In this document: in pieces, positions 20,331 to 29,246 of the stretch | Layout of the letters: the number at the start of each line of letters is the position of its first letter | Position numbering within the stretch: the stretch's first letter is position 1 | IMG/VR virus record: IMGVR_UViG_3300045988_147264 | Coordinates: 32,001 to 96,000 of that record | DNA length: 64,000 nucleotides | Reading direction: 5' to 3' (one strand) | DNA from: a virus | Made by a program: the position numbers and the translations under genes | The notes under the pieces: model-generated | The model's input: the letters and a program-made list of their open reading frames with translations, nothing else | What the model was told of the DNA's origin: nothing | The model's database searches: none

Positions 20331-22763
20331 CTATTTTGTTGTTGGCCTGCTTTTTTGTATAGAAAGCTGTTTTTCCTTAAGTTTATTATCCTTATTGGCC
20401 TGATATTTATCGTGATTGAATTTATCCCTGTCAAGTTGTAATCTAGCATCGAACTCACGTATCTTCTCACGCAGGTTCTGTTTTTCAGATTCACTCATTT
20501 CATCAGGTTCCATAATACCGTCATTCTGTCTGGCAGCCATTGATGCGTTAGCTGATATATTAGCGACAATTATCTTTGTCTCGTTATCTCTCTGATTAAT
20601 CGCATCCTGCTGTTGCATCTCCATTGACTTTTGCTGCATTGCTGCCTCGGTCTTCTGCTGTTCAATTTGCGCTTGTTGTTCCTGCTGTTGCTGAGCTCTC
20701 TGTATCATCTCGTTTTCATTCTTTTCTACAAGGCGTTCCTTCTCGGCAAGCGAACTTGAGTTATATAACTTCATTATTGTAGAAAAGTTCAATGTTTGAT
20801 TTTGCAATGCAGCCTGAGCGAGCATTTCCATCTTTTGATTGAGTTGTTGCACTCCATCAGAGGAATCAACCACAAGACCGTAATCATTCTCCGCAAACTC
20901 GTCGCCATCAATAGACATGATTTGCATTGAATTATCGCTAAGGATATAATTAAACTTCATGGATCGTCCGCGCATCGCTATCTTTGCTGTCTCAAGAAAA
21001 CATTCAAGAGCTCTGCGCTTGACATCATCGTGAACGACAAATAGCCATTCTGTAATATGAGATGACTGCACGTTGGCCCTCTCAACTCCACCTACAGTTT
21101 CCCTATTGGATACTTGGCCCTCACGCTGCCTTGAGATACCGGCAATCTCACCCATCTCAAGTTTAATGAATTCAAGCAAGTTTATCTGGCTTTGAATCGA
21201 GTTGCCAAATTCTGCGTCGATCACTCCAGTTGTGTTGTTATTAAGACCCCCAGCTAATTTACCGGTTGATGCGCCAATATTACCTTCCTTGAAAGAATCA
21301 ACAACAGCTATACCATTGGCCTCGGCGTAATACATCCACTTCTCAATATCCCAGCCTTTAGGCACCTTGGCAATATCGAGTTGTATCAGTTTCCCCCAGT
21401 TATGAGACATTACTTTATTCAGCCTGTCATGAACGATATCATACAGATAATTATAATGTTTCATCATATCAACCATAGAGAATGGCCTGCTATCATTGAG
21501 GTTGTAGATTGAGCCGACTATACCGAAATGACATCTCGAAGGATTGGACAATCTGTTATACTGTACTGGACACGGACGCATATTAACATAAATATCAGTA
21601 CCTATTTTGGTACCCTCCCAGGCTTGATTAACCCAGAAAGTATCCTCAACCTCCCCGATTGATGGGTCTATCTGATAATTCTCATCATAGAAGTTATAAA
21701 CCTCCTCTCCGGTAATAGGATCATACGATCTTACTTTCTTTATTTTCCTGCGCGATTTCCAGTACATTCTCATCACGCGAATATTGCCAGCAACGTCATA
21801 TGGCAGTAACGAGGAATCGTATGAATCCGGAAAAAGATTCATCGCATCAAAGAAATAACCATCTCCACGAACGTCAATCGCGTCATCAATCATTCCTGCA
21901 TTGACAAAGCCTCTTCGCTCGTCAATATTACCCATAGCGTCAACATTAGATCCCTGTGCAAAATCAGGCATCTTTCTGATCCACTCCATATCTTTGGGTG
22001 AAAGAACATCATAGAAGTAATCTATGACTTTGCCAGGAGACCAATAATCCTCGAGAATAACACAATCAGCGTCTTCTATACGGTTTGAATAACCAGACCT
22101 GAAAGCACGTATCTTAAGTGGATTCACTCTTTCAAGAAGAGGTTCTCCACCAACGATTGAGCATTGGTATATTTCCTCACCTACTGTAAGGCCGTCCATG
22201 AAGCCATTATTAAATATCAATGGGAAATTCTGCTCCTTTGAATAATGATTGAGCAGCGCATTGGCACGCACTTCGCGCATATCCTGCCAATCGTAAGTGT
22301 AATAATCGCTAAGCTTCTCAAGTCTTGCGTTGAACTCATCCTCACTCTGGCTCTGGTCTGCGATCATTGCCTGAACCTCCTGAAGCATTTGCCGCTTCTT
22401 TGTCTCCTCGATCTCTGAAAGAGCGTTCGGATTGGTTATGACAACCTTGTAATCAAACACCCGCTTAGATTCCTCGCCCCTCAAGACATTGAGTTTTGAG
22501 TTCATTATTGGGTAATGCACGATATTCTCAGGTACAAGAGTAGACCTGAGGTTGTTTGGATTCAGGACTAATGCTAAATCGCTCATATGAATCCTGCCGT
22601 TAAGCAAGTCATAATTAATTTTCTTGTGGACCACAGAGTTCCTCACCGGACTATAGTTGAAGAATCCTCTGTTGTCACCCCAGTCAACACACTGCCGTCT
22701 CCAGCTCCGGGTCTTCTGGGATAGAGGCAACTGCTGTGGCGGGAAACTAGTGTATTCCGACAT
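20331..22763 (-). CDS. portal protein
   Basis: 810 aa directly downstream of TerL. Gln-rich C-terminal tail (QQQQEQQAQIEQQKTEAAMQQKSMEMQQQ) typical of large podovirus portals. Terminator and promoter box lie between it and TerL. Confidence 0.55.
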   Translation of the reverse strand: MSEYTSFPPQQLPLSQKTRSWRRQCVDWGDNRGFFNYSPVRNSVVHKKINYDLLNGRIHMSDLALVLNPNNLRSTLVPENIVHYPIMNSKLNVLRGEESKRVFDYKVVITNPNALSEIEETKKRQMLQEVQAMIADQSQSEDEFNARLEKLSDYYTYDWQDMREVRANALLNHYSKEQNFPLIFNNGFMDGLTVGEEIYQCSIVGGEPLLERVNPLKIRAFRSGYSNRIEDADCVILEDYWSPGKVIDYFYDVLSPKDMEWIRKMPDFAQGSNVDAMGNIDERRGFVNAGMIDDAIDVRGDGYFFDAMNLFPDSYDSSLLPYDVAGNIRVMRMYWKSRRKIKKVRSYDPITGEEVYNFYDENYQIDPSIGEVEDTFWVNQAWEGTKIGTDIYVNMRPCPVQYNRLSNPSRCHFGIVGSIYNLNDSRPFSMVDMMKHYNYLYDIVHDRLNKVMSHNWGKLIQLDIAKVPKGWDIEKWMYYAEANGIAVVDSFKEGNIGASTGKLAGGLNNNTTGVIDAEFGNSIQSQINLLEFIKLEMGEIAGISRQREGQVSNRETVGGVERANVQSSHITEWLFVVHDDVKRRALECFLETAKIAMRGRSMKFNYILSDNSMQIMSIDGDEFAENDYGLVVDSSDGVQQLNQKMEMLAQAALQNQTLNFSTIMKLYNSSSLAEKERLVEKNENEMIQRAQQQQEQQAQIEQQKTEAAMQQKSMEMQQQDAINQRDNETKIIVANISANASMAARQNDGIMEPDEMSESEKQNLREKIREFDARLQLDRDKFNHDKYQANKDNKLKEKQLSIQKSRPTTK

Positions 22764-22800
22764 ATTATTTAGTATTTAAATTTCAATTATGCAAAGATAT

Positions 22801-22827
22801 AAAAAAAGCCCCGTTTCTCAACGAGGC
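22801..22827 (-). terminator. Rho-independent terminator between TerL and portal (minus-strand RNA)
   Basis: Minus-strand RNA GCCUCGUU-GAGA-AACGGGGC (8-bp stem, one G-U) followed by UUUUUUU. Confidence 0.7.
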
Positions 22828-22866
22828 TAATCATAAAAGTTAACTATCCGTTACACTATCGCTATG

Positions 22867-25107
22867 TTAGCGCAACCGATTGTCATAATTTCTAGTGAAG
22901 TAATCATCATTACCTAAATAATCACTCTCAATAACGTTTTTGGATGAAGATGGATCGCCATTATACGTAACCATAAACTGTTCGCGATAGAGCATTAAAA
23001 GGCCTAAGGCACGAACACGGTCAACATTTATGTCTGGATTATAAAGCATAAGTTCCTTTATGAGCGCCCTGTTGCGTATTCTCGCAAGATTAAACACAGT
23101 CGTTTCTTCACCGTCTTCACCCGATTGTATGGTTACCGGCTTAAGAAGCCAATCTCGAATCAACCTGTTGGCGTAATCGTTTACCGGCTTAGTAGCCTTT
23201 ACTCCCTTACTGTTGTTGCCAACACCTATGTTTTTAATAATATCCTTGTCTTTAAGATATTCGGGAGTATCTGCTAAGAGATATAAACAATTCATTCTGG
23301 AAAAATATGAATATGCTCCCTTAACGTTGCTTTCATATAGACACTTTGCGTTATAGAAAACACATAGTTTTCTAAGCATCTCGAAATTGTCATCGGCAAA
23401 TTGATGTCTTCCAGTATACTCGGCCACAATCGTGTCCGTCCATAAGTCCAGTACAAATGTTGAGGAAAGTGACATTGTATCGGCCTCATCATTATCAACC
23501 GGGTCGTGGCCTATGATATATCTCTGAGGAAACACTTTTCCTTGTGCGTCTTTCTCTGGCATTTTGAATATCTCAAGAGCTCCGGAAACTTTGTTGTCCT
23601 TTAATGGGAAATCACGAATCGGCTGATCGCCTGTCAATTTGAATGATACCGTACCATCTTTCTCCTGCATTAAGTCTCCGACATAGACATCGTCAAACGT
23701 GTGCGGATCATTGTCAATCTCCGCAAGGCGCTGGGTAAGATCAGCGACAGGAAAAATATTACCCCTTGTGCGAAGAATGGCTTCCTGTGGCGTTATTGGA
23801 ATCTCAGCAATACACTTTGTGATTGTATTGATATCGGTTGAGTTGTATTTAACGTTATACCTATTAACGAGAATCTCAAGCAACGCCTTGGTTACATCAG
23901 AGTTACCCTGTTCGTCATAGCAGTCTGATCTGTTGATGTATGCCGGGAAAAAATATGTAAACGTTGGTCGCCCCTGACCCTCCTTATCGTAAACATTTTT
24001 AAGTCCATATGTTTTATATCCGACAGGGTTATACATAATCTCCTGCATTGCTGCAAAGTCAGATTGTTGGTCGCCGGAGGTACCGAAGAGATACATAAGG
24101 CCGAACACAGATTCTCCATCAGAAACCGAAGGCAATAGGTTACTCCACAATGTAAGAAGATTATCAAACGTACCAGCCTCCTCAAAGAGATATAACACGC
24201 CTCTGGTTCCCCTAAGCTTTGATGCGTCGTTCTGGGAAGACTTGCCGACCACCGAGTTAAGAGTTCCTTTATTTGTGCCAGTGTTGAGATCTTTATAACC
24301 CATTTGCCAGTTCATATCGGCCAATGAGTTATACAGTCTTCTTGACGGCCACTGCATGTTCTCCGCAATGAAATCTATGTAGAACTGAAACTTATCAAGC
24401 GTCTGGTCACCACCAGTCAACTTTGCCTTGTCAGTCGCTGTTATATATGAAACAACACGCTTGTTTACCTCAAATGATTCTCCTAATATAAAGCGCTTGG
24501 CAAGCATTGCGGCGGCACAGAACGACTTACCACACCCTCGTCGAGCCAATTCAGCAGCCATCAGACCATGTTCCCTCGCTTGATTGAGATAATGAAATCT
24601 ATAATAATTCCCCTCCCAGGAGAATGGGAAGTCAATCACACGCATCGCTTTTCTACCTCCATTGCTGGATTTCTTTAAGAGAGAGATGGGACAATAATTC
24701 AAAAAGAAATAATGGTCTCCAGTTATCCACTCACCGTCATATGGTCTTACGTAGCCATACAAGCACCTTCTGCGCTCTTCACGTATCCATTTGCCAAACT
24801 CGCTATTAGGATTGGCATTCGGTCTTAAATCGGTAAATCTGCCATATTTTTGATAATGTATCGCAGATGGCCTGAAATAATCAATATCCTCAATTATATG
24901 TGGCTTAGTTATATCGACTATTATCTTGCCCTCTGAATCCCTGGGAAGATCACACGCCCTTGGCTTGTTCGGAGACACCATAGACTGTATGAAAGGAACG
25001 TTATTGAAGAAATCCCAGAACTGATCCTGGACCTCCTGCGGTTGTTTATCAAGCCCCAACTCACTGATCGGGGTCTGATATTTATTAAGAACAATATCCT
25101 CGTACAT
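22867..25107 (-). CDS. terL: terminase large subunit
   Basis: 746 aa. Walker A RRGCGKSFCAAAMLAKRF, Walker B-like VLYLFEEAG, RNaseH-like nuclease motif YIIGHDPVDNDEADTMS. Confidence 0.7.
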   Translation of the reverse strand: MYEDIVLNKYQTPISELGLDKQPQEVQDQFWDFFNNVPFIQSMVSPNKPRACDLPRDSEGKIIVDITKPHIIEDIDYFRPSAIHYQKYGRFTDLRPNANPNSEFGKWIREERRRCLYGYVRPYDGEWITGDHYFFLNYCPISLLKKSSNGGRKAMRVIDFPFSWEGNYYRFHYLNQAREHGLMAAELARRGCGKSFCAAAMLAKRFILGESFEVNKRVVSYITATDKAKLTGGDQTLDKFQFYIDFIAENMQWPSRRLYNSLADMNWQMGYKDLNTGTNKGTLNSVVGKSSQNDASKLRGTRGVLYLFEEAGTFDNLLTLWSNLLPSVSDGESVFGLMYLFGTSGDQQSDFAAMQEIMYNPVGYKTYGLKNVYDKEGQGRPTFTYFFPAYINRSDCYDEQGNSDVTKALLEILVNRYNVKYNSTDINTITKCIAEIPITPQEAILRTRGNIFPVADLTQRLAEIDNDPHTFDDVYVGDLMQEKDGTVSFKLTGDQPIRDFPLKDNKVSGALEIFKMPEKDAQGKVFPQRYIIGHDPVDNDEADTMSLSSTFVLDLWTDTIVAEYTGRHQFADDNFEMLRKLCVFYNAKCLYESNVKGAYSYFSRMNCLYLLADTPEYLKDKDIIKNIGVGNNSKGVKATKPVNDYANRLIRDWLLKPVTIQSGEDGEETTVFNLARIRNRALIKELMLYNPDINVDRVRALGLLMLYREQFMVTYNGDPSSSKNVIESDYLGNDDYFTRNYDNRLR

Positions 25108-25109
25108 AA

Positions 25110-25673
25110 CTAATCGTCAAAACCATCCTCAAATATGGTCTTCTCGCCGCCACCTCTGATACGACCGATCTCATTAAGCTCCTGTGTGACCGCACGCTCC
25201 GCATCAGAAAGATCCTTTACAAGCTTAGGGACCATTGAACCCATTGAGACCATGTTCTTCAGAGCGAGGATTTTGTCCTTCTCCTCAAGCTGGGATAAAT
25301 CTGTAGCACGCATTTCCTTACGTATTTGGTCTACCATAAATCGCGTATCCTCAAGGAGAAGAGTGCTTGATGTTGTGGTATGTTTCTTATATACCTCCAT
25401 GGCTTGTTTAAGTTCGTCTGACGGCTTGAATTTCGCCGGCAGACCCTCCTGTGCTATAATCTCTTTTGCTCGTTCCTGAGGATCCGTAATGTACATATAT
25501 GTACTTCTTGGATCAACCATGAAATAAAGATATGACATCTGCTGGTAGAAAAAATCCTTCACGCGGGTCTTGTCTTTTCTGTAAAGCTCACGTATCGGCT
25601 TTATAAGCATCGCCTCTGGTGTCACAACTATCTTGTAATCCTCGAAATCTATTAATCTCATAACTATAAACAC
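25110..25673 (-). CDS. hypothetical protein upstream of TerL (possible small terminase subunit by position only)
   Basis: 187 aa, 2-nt gap to terL. No motif recognised. Confidence 0.25.
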   Translation of the reverse strand: MFIVMRLIDFEDYKIVVTPEAMLIKPIRELYRKDKTRVKDFFYQQMSYLYFMVDPRSTYMYITDPQERAKEIIAQEGLPAKFKPSDELKQAMEVYKKHTTTSSTLLLEDTRFMVDQIRKEMRATDLSQLEEKDKILALKNMVSMGSMVPKLVKDLSDAERAVTQELNEIGRIRGGGEKTIFEDGFDD

Positions 25674-25718
25674 AAATAGCCGACCCTTGCGGACCGGCTA
25701 AATTAACAAATCTATATA

Positions 25719-26195
25719 TTAATGAATCTTTGATGTCTTGATTTTATTGTCCGGTGCGTATATCGTTCCAGACTTAACCTCCTCGTATTCCTCAATCACG
25801 TAGTCAATATCACTGTCATATATATATAGAAAATCAGTTCCATTGATATTGACAATAGGGAAATTGTATCGAATCTCCGAGTGATGTGTCTCAACGACAC
25901 TCTTGAGAGAATTCTCGTCTTTGACTTGCACGGTTTTACCATACCTCGTAGGGTTAAAACATACGACATCACCTTCCTTGACATCCCTTACCATCGGCCC
26001 TACGGAAATAACCTTCTGCACAGGCATCAGCACACCATGCTGCTTTGTCGGGTCAATAAGTCCAGAATCAGAAACCTGATCTTCGGTAAACTTATCAGCG
26101 GTGATAAGAACTTTATTATACAGAGGCCGTATCTTCTTTATCTTTGAAAGATTCATATTAATTAAAATGCTGGTTGAACCATTTGATAAAATCAT
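25719..26195 (-). CDS. hypothetical protein
   Basis: 158-aa ORF in a co-oriented, tightly packed block. Confidence 0.5.
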   Translation of the reverse strand: MILSNGSTSILINMNLSKIKKIRPLYNKVLITADKFTEDQVSDSGLIDPTKQHGVLMPVQKVISVGPMVRDVKEGDVVCFNPTRYGKTVQVKDENSLKSVVETHHSEIRYNFPIVNINGTDFLYIYDSDIDYVIEEYEEVKSGTIYAPDNKIKTSKIH

Positions 26196-26577
26196 CTGCG
26201 GATACAGTCATTGTGCTGTTGGTCTCACTAGATCTCTTTGTCTCGTTGGCCTCAGAGCTTGTACTTTTTGGGTCATATTCTAGTGCGTCACCAATTCCGT
26301 TTCTGACAGTTTCCATCCTTGGTGCCGGCGCCGGATAAGCCTTAACTGACCTTCCTGCCTCTGACTCGAAATTCGGCGTGCAAAACAGTCTTGTGATACG
26401 TCTTGCGAGAACCTCAAGATAACCACCCATGTAATGAAGCTGCTCCCTTAGCAACGATCTGTCCATTGCCTCAAGATGTCTCTGCCCCTTCTCTACCTCA
26501 AGGAACGCCTTGAGCTTATAATACTTCTTGACGAGGTCTCCATATTCCTCAATCATCCGTGTCTTGTACTCTTCCAT
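26158..26577 (-). CDS. hypothetical protein
   Basis: 139-aa ORF overlapping both neighbours in different frames. Confidence 0.45.
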   Translation of the reverse strand: MEEYKTRMIEEYGDLVKKYYKLKAFLEVEKGQRHLEAMDRSLLREQLHYMGGYLEVLARRITRLFCTPNFESEAGRSVKAYPAPAPRMETVRNGIGDALEYDPKSTSSEANETKRSSETNSTMTVSADDFIKWFNQHFN

Positions 26578-26881
26578 ATCTTTTACCTATTCTTTTTTGG
26601 TTTATATACGCTTTTCGCAGGTATTGGAACCTGTCATAGGGAAGTCCTATCTTCCCGACCGAAGGTATGTTAAAGTTTGTTCTCAACTGTTTGAACTCCT
26701 CTTCGGTCATATCTTTCGAGAGGTCTATCTCACCCATAATGTCAATCAAATGTTTTATGAACATCATATATGTATATCTGACCTCTTCTACGGTTATACC
26801 CATATCCTTGGCAACCTGTGGATATATCTCCCTTTCAAGATAATCCATATTAACTCGATACTTGTTTGCCATTGAAATCAA
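26549..26881 (-). CDS. hypothetical protein
   Basis: 110-aa ORF in the coupled block. Confidence 0.45.
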   Translation of the reverse strand: MISMANKYRVNMDYLEREIYPQVAKDMGITVEEVRYTYMMFIKHLIDIMGEIDLSKDMTEEEFKQLRTNFNIPSVGKIGLPYDRFQYLRKAYINQKRIGKRYGRVQDTDD

Positions 26882-27251
26882 AGTATAACATCAGTTTAAA
26901 TGAATCGTCACCGTCATTAAATCTCGGCACAAACCTTGGATTTATCTTACCGTCAGTAATAAAATTGGCGCGCTTCAGTTTTGTGAGCAGCATCTGCAAA
27001 TGCTCAGGTGTGACACCACACTCCTCTTCGATTCTCCTGCGTGAGTCAGCGCTCATCACAACCTTGTCAAGCAAAAACTCATCTGTTATTACGCGCCCCA
27101 ACTCGAATCTCAGGTTAAGCATCGTCGCGGCGACGTCTACCTGTCTCTCGGACATCATGTGGAAAGGCCTCAGGAAATTCAGCCACATCCTGAAGAACTC
27201 CTTCCCAGGTGACGAGGGGATGCGTATCACGCTGTTTATTCCATTAGCCAT
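26850..27251 (-). CDS. hypothetical protein
   Basis: 133-aa ORF. Confidence 0.45.
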   Translation of the reverse strand: MANGINSVIRIPSSPGKEFFRMWLNFLRPFHMMSERQVDVAATMLNLRFELGRVITDEFLLDKVVMSADSRRRIEEECGVTPEHLQMLLTKLKRANFITDGKINPRFVPRFNDGDDSFKLMLYFDFNGKQVSS

Positions 27252-27257
27252 AACCGA

Positions 27258-27590
27258 TTATCCTTTTGTGCCTACATTCTCTCCCTCATCAGTATCCTCT
27301 TTATCGGAATCACCGCTCTCCTTAAACATTGCGTCTGTAATCTCCTCTATCGTGTCAGCAACAACACTCTTAGGAAATAGCGGAGCCTGCTCAATGATTT
27401 TAAAAAGGAAATTCAATCTTGTGAAGAAATTAGATGCGTCGGCACGCTGAAGCTTATCGTACAACGACTTCGCCTGAGCCGAAAGCTGTCTGTTAAAATC
27501 GACTGCCTGATCATACTTCTCCTTAAGCTCCTTGTATTGAGCCTCGTAATCAACCTTTACAGACGGTGTAATTTTCTTTACTTCTCCCAT
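27258..27590 (-). CDS. hypothetical protein (coiled-coil, acidic C-terminus)
   Basis: 110 aa. C-terminal SGDSDKEDTDEGENVG. Confidence 0.45.
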   Translation of the reverse strand: MGEVKKITPSVKVDYEAQYKELKEKYDQAVDFNRQLSAQAKSLYDKLQRADASNFFTRLNFLFKIIEQAPLFPKSVVADTIEEITDAMFKESGDSDKEDTDEGENVGTKG

Positions 27591-27602
27591 AACAATATAA
27601 TA

Positions 27603-27812
27603 TTAATTTTTATTTTTATCTTCCTCTTTCATTGCCAGCCACTCATTAATATGGCACTGGCCTATGTCGGTGCTACCACAGTCGTCACAATAATCACCGA
27701 ATCCATCACCTACCATAATCCTCAAAGAATGACAGTGCTTGCAATAAAACACGGGTTCATCCTCATATTGAGACGGGTGTGTGAGATACATATCACTATC
27801 AACTTTAGCCAT
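27603..27812 (-). CDS. small Cys/His-rich zinc-binding protein
   Basis: 69 aa with CKHCH...CDDCGSTDIGQCH. Confidence 0.45.
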   Translation of the reverse strand: MAKVDSDMYLTHPSQYEDEPVFYCKHCHSLRIMVGDGFGDYCDDCGSTDIGQCHINEWLAMKEEDKNKN

Positions 27813-27825
27813 ATGATAATTTTAT

Positions 27826-27867
27826 GAAAACAATAAAACCGGGGTTTCTCTCGGTACCCGGCCCCCC
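27826..27867 (-). terminator. Rho-independent terminator downstream of the 112-aa membrane protein gene (minus-strand RNA)
   Basis: Minus-strand RNA GGGGGG-CCGGG-UACCGAGAGAAA-CCCGG then UUUUAUUGUUUUC. Confidence 0.6.
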
Positions 27868-27946
27868 AGCTCGCTAATACTGGACCGATCCTCCACGGCT
27901 GGTTACTGCCCGAGGCATCTACGGCGTTTGTACCCTGTCCGCAGCC

Positions 27947-28285
27947 CTACTGCTCCTTCGCTTTCTTTGACTTAGTTGTAACTTTAGCAGCCTTCTTGGT
28001 CTTTGTACCACCCTGTTTAAAACCAATAGGCTTTGGTTCGGTTTTAGGCTCATCAACCTCCACCGGAGTGTCATCACCATTCACCGTCTGGCAAAACTCC
28101 TTGATAAACCAATAACCGGAGAGAAATGACGCCACGATAACCACGCACTTCGTGACGTTGCCGCCAAGGGTGGCGGCCGATGCAAGTGACCATATTGTCG
28201 CAAGGCACCATATCAACCATCCTGCGGTTGATTCAATAAAAGCACAAACTTTCTTCATAACAACAAAATAATTTGAACAAAACAA
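27947..28285 (-). CDS. small membrane protein with lysine-rich C-terminal tail
   Basis: 112 aa. Two hydrophobic helices (WLIWCLATIWSLASAA, VVIVASFLSGYWFI) then KTEPKPIGFKQGGTKTKKAAKVTTKSKKAKEQ. Confidence 0.5.
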   Translation of the reverse strand: MFCSNYFVVMKKVCAFIESTAGWLIWCLATIWSLASAATLGGNVTKCVVIVASFLSGYWFIKEFCQTVNGDDTPVEVDEPKTEPKPIGFKQGGTKTKKAAKVTTKSKKAKEQ

Positions 28286-28290
28286 ACTTT

Positions 28291-28362
28291 GTTGCGGGGG
28301 CAGGGATCGAACCTGCGGCCTCCAGATTATGAGCCTGGCGAGCTACCACTGCTCCACCCCAC
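28291..28362 (-). tRNA. tRNA-Met (anticodon CAT; initiator, elongator or Ile2 identity not resolved)
   Basis: Minus-strand cloverleaf folded by hand. Acceptor TGTGGGG/CCCCGCA, D-arm GAGC-AGTGGTA-GCTC, anticodon arm CCAGG-CTCATAA-TCTGG, T-arm GCAGG-TTCGATC-CCTGC. No encoded CCA. Confidence 0.8.
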
Positions 28363-28368
28363 AATATT

Positions 28369-28440
28369 GATGCCGGTACCGGGCTCGAACCGATATCCTT
28401 GGATTACAAAACCAAGATGCTACCCATTACACCAACCGGC
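28369..28440 (-). tRNA. tRNA-Thr (anticodon TGT)
   Basis: Acceptor TGCCGGT/ACCGGCA, D-arm with A14 G18 G19, anticodon stem TTGGT/TCCAA with T31-T39 mismatch, loop TTTGTAA, T-arm ATCGG-TTCGAGC-CCGGT. 6-nt spacer to tRNA-Met. Confidence 0.7.
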
Positions 28441-28459
28441 ACTATCTTAACTTGACAAT

Positions 28460-28467
28460 ACAAAGAT
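28460..28467 (-). promoter_or_regulatory. Bacteroidota-type -7 promoter box (TATCTTTG) upstream of the tRNA pair
   Basis: Minus-strand TTTGTATCTTTGTAT ends 20 nt upstream of the tRNA-Thr 5' end. The same TATCTTTG is found upstream of several other transcription units in the window. Confidence 0.45.
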
Positions 28468-28623
28468 ACAAAGAATTTTTGAATTATGCAAATTTTTCTT
28501 CATTTTTATTAAACTTATTAGTAACACCACAAACAGCGCTTAAATTATTCAATATCCGCTTATCTACGTGAAGAAATATATAACCCATGCCGTCTTTGTT
28601 AATTACATCGAATTCAAGGCCAT

Positions 28624-29121
28624 TTATTTGCGTTTTAAGCGCTTTTTCGTATCGCGCATATAATTACACATCTCAATCATAGATCGCGTGTCAAAGCGCC
28701 TTAAATTGAGAAATTCCTTAATGGCGTCTATCATAACAAAACGATATTCCACCGATGTGATATTATCGTATCTTATGTCGCGCCATGAGGAACATGAGCA
28801 CCTTGGGTCAATAAACATTATAGCCTTAACGATACTGCGCCGCTCAAGAAAGTAACTGAACCTTATGTCTCTTTTAGTAAATGTCGCTAAAGGAATGATA
28901 TCAAACGACTGAGACTGTTGAGGATTCCTGTAAGATATGATGCTGTCGAAGATAATATTGTCAATATCTTTCAATGGGAGATCAACAACAGAATCGGCAT
29001 TCATCTTTTTAGGAAGACCACCGCTCCTTTTCCTGTAATTATAAAACGGTGGTTTTGATAATATCTTGTCATAAACGTATTTATCAATTTCGCCGATAAC
29101 TCCAATCTCTAATGTATCCAT
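28624..29121 (-). CDS. hypothetical protein
   Basis: 165-aa ORF. Minus-strand TATCTTTG box at 29166-29173 lies about 45 nt upstream of its start. Confidence 0.5.
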   Translation of the reverse strand: MDTLEIGVIGEIDKYVYDKILSKPPFYNYRKRSGGLPKKMNADSVVDLPLKDIDNIIFDSIISYRNPQQSQSFDIIPLATFTKRDIRFSYFLERRSIVKAIMFIDPRCSCSSWRDIRYDNITSVEYRFVMIDAIKEFLNLRRFDTRSMIEMCNYMRDTKKRLKRK

Positions 29122-29246
29122 ATATCTAATATACTATTATTGCCATTTCTTTGTTCGCCATGATACAAAGATACAAAAAAATTCTGACATTTCGGCTATT
29201 TTTGCGACAATGTTATCAACTATATTATAAACAATTGCTGTAACCG

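Noticed and set aside
20288-20494. 68-aa ORF overlapping the portal C-terminus
   Set aside because: Lies within the portal gene's Gln-rich tail region in another frame. Low-complexity translation.
28369-28440. Possible 9-nt anticodon loop (frameshift-suppressor-like) in the Thr tRNA
   Set aside because: A conventional 7-nt loop TTTGTAA with a T31-T39 mismatch at the stem end gives anticodon UGU with U33 and A37 in place. That is a simpler reading than an expanded loop.
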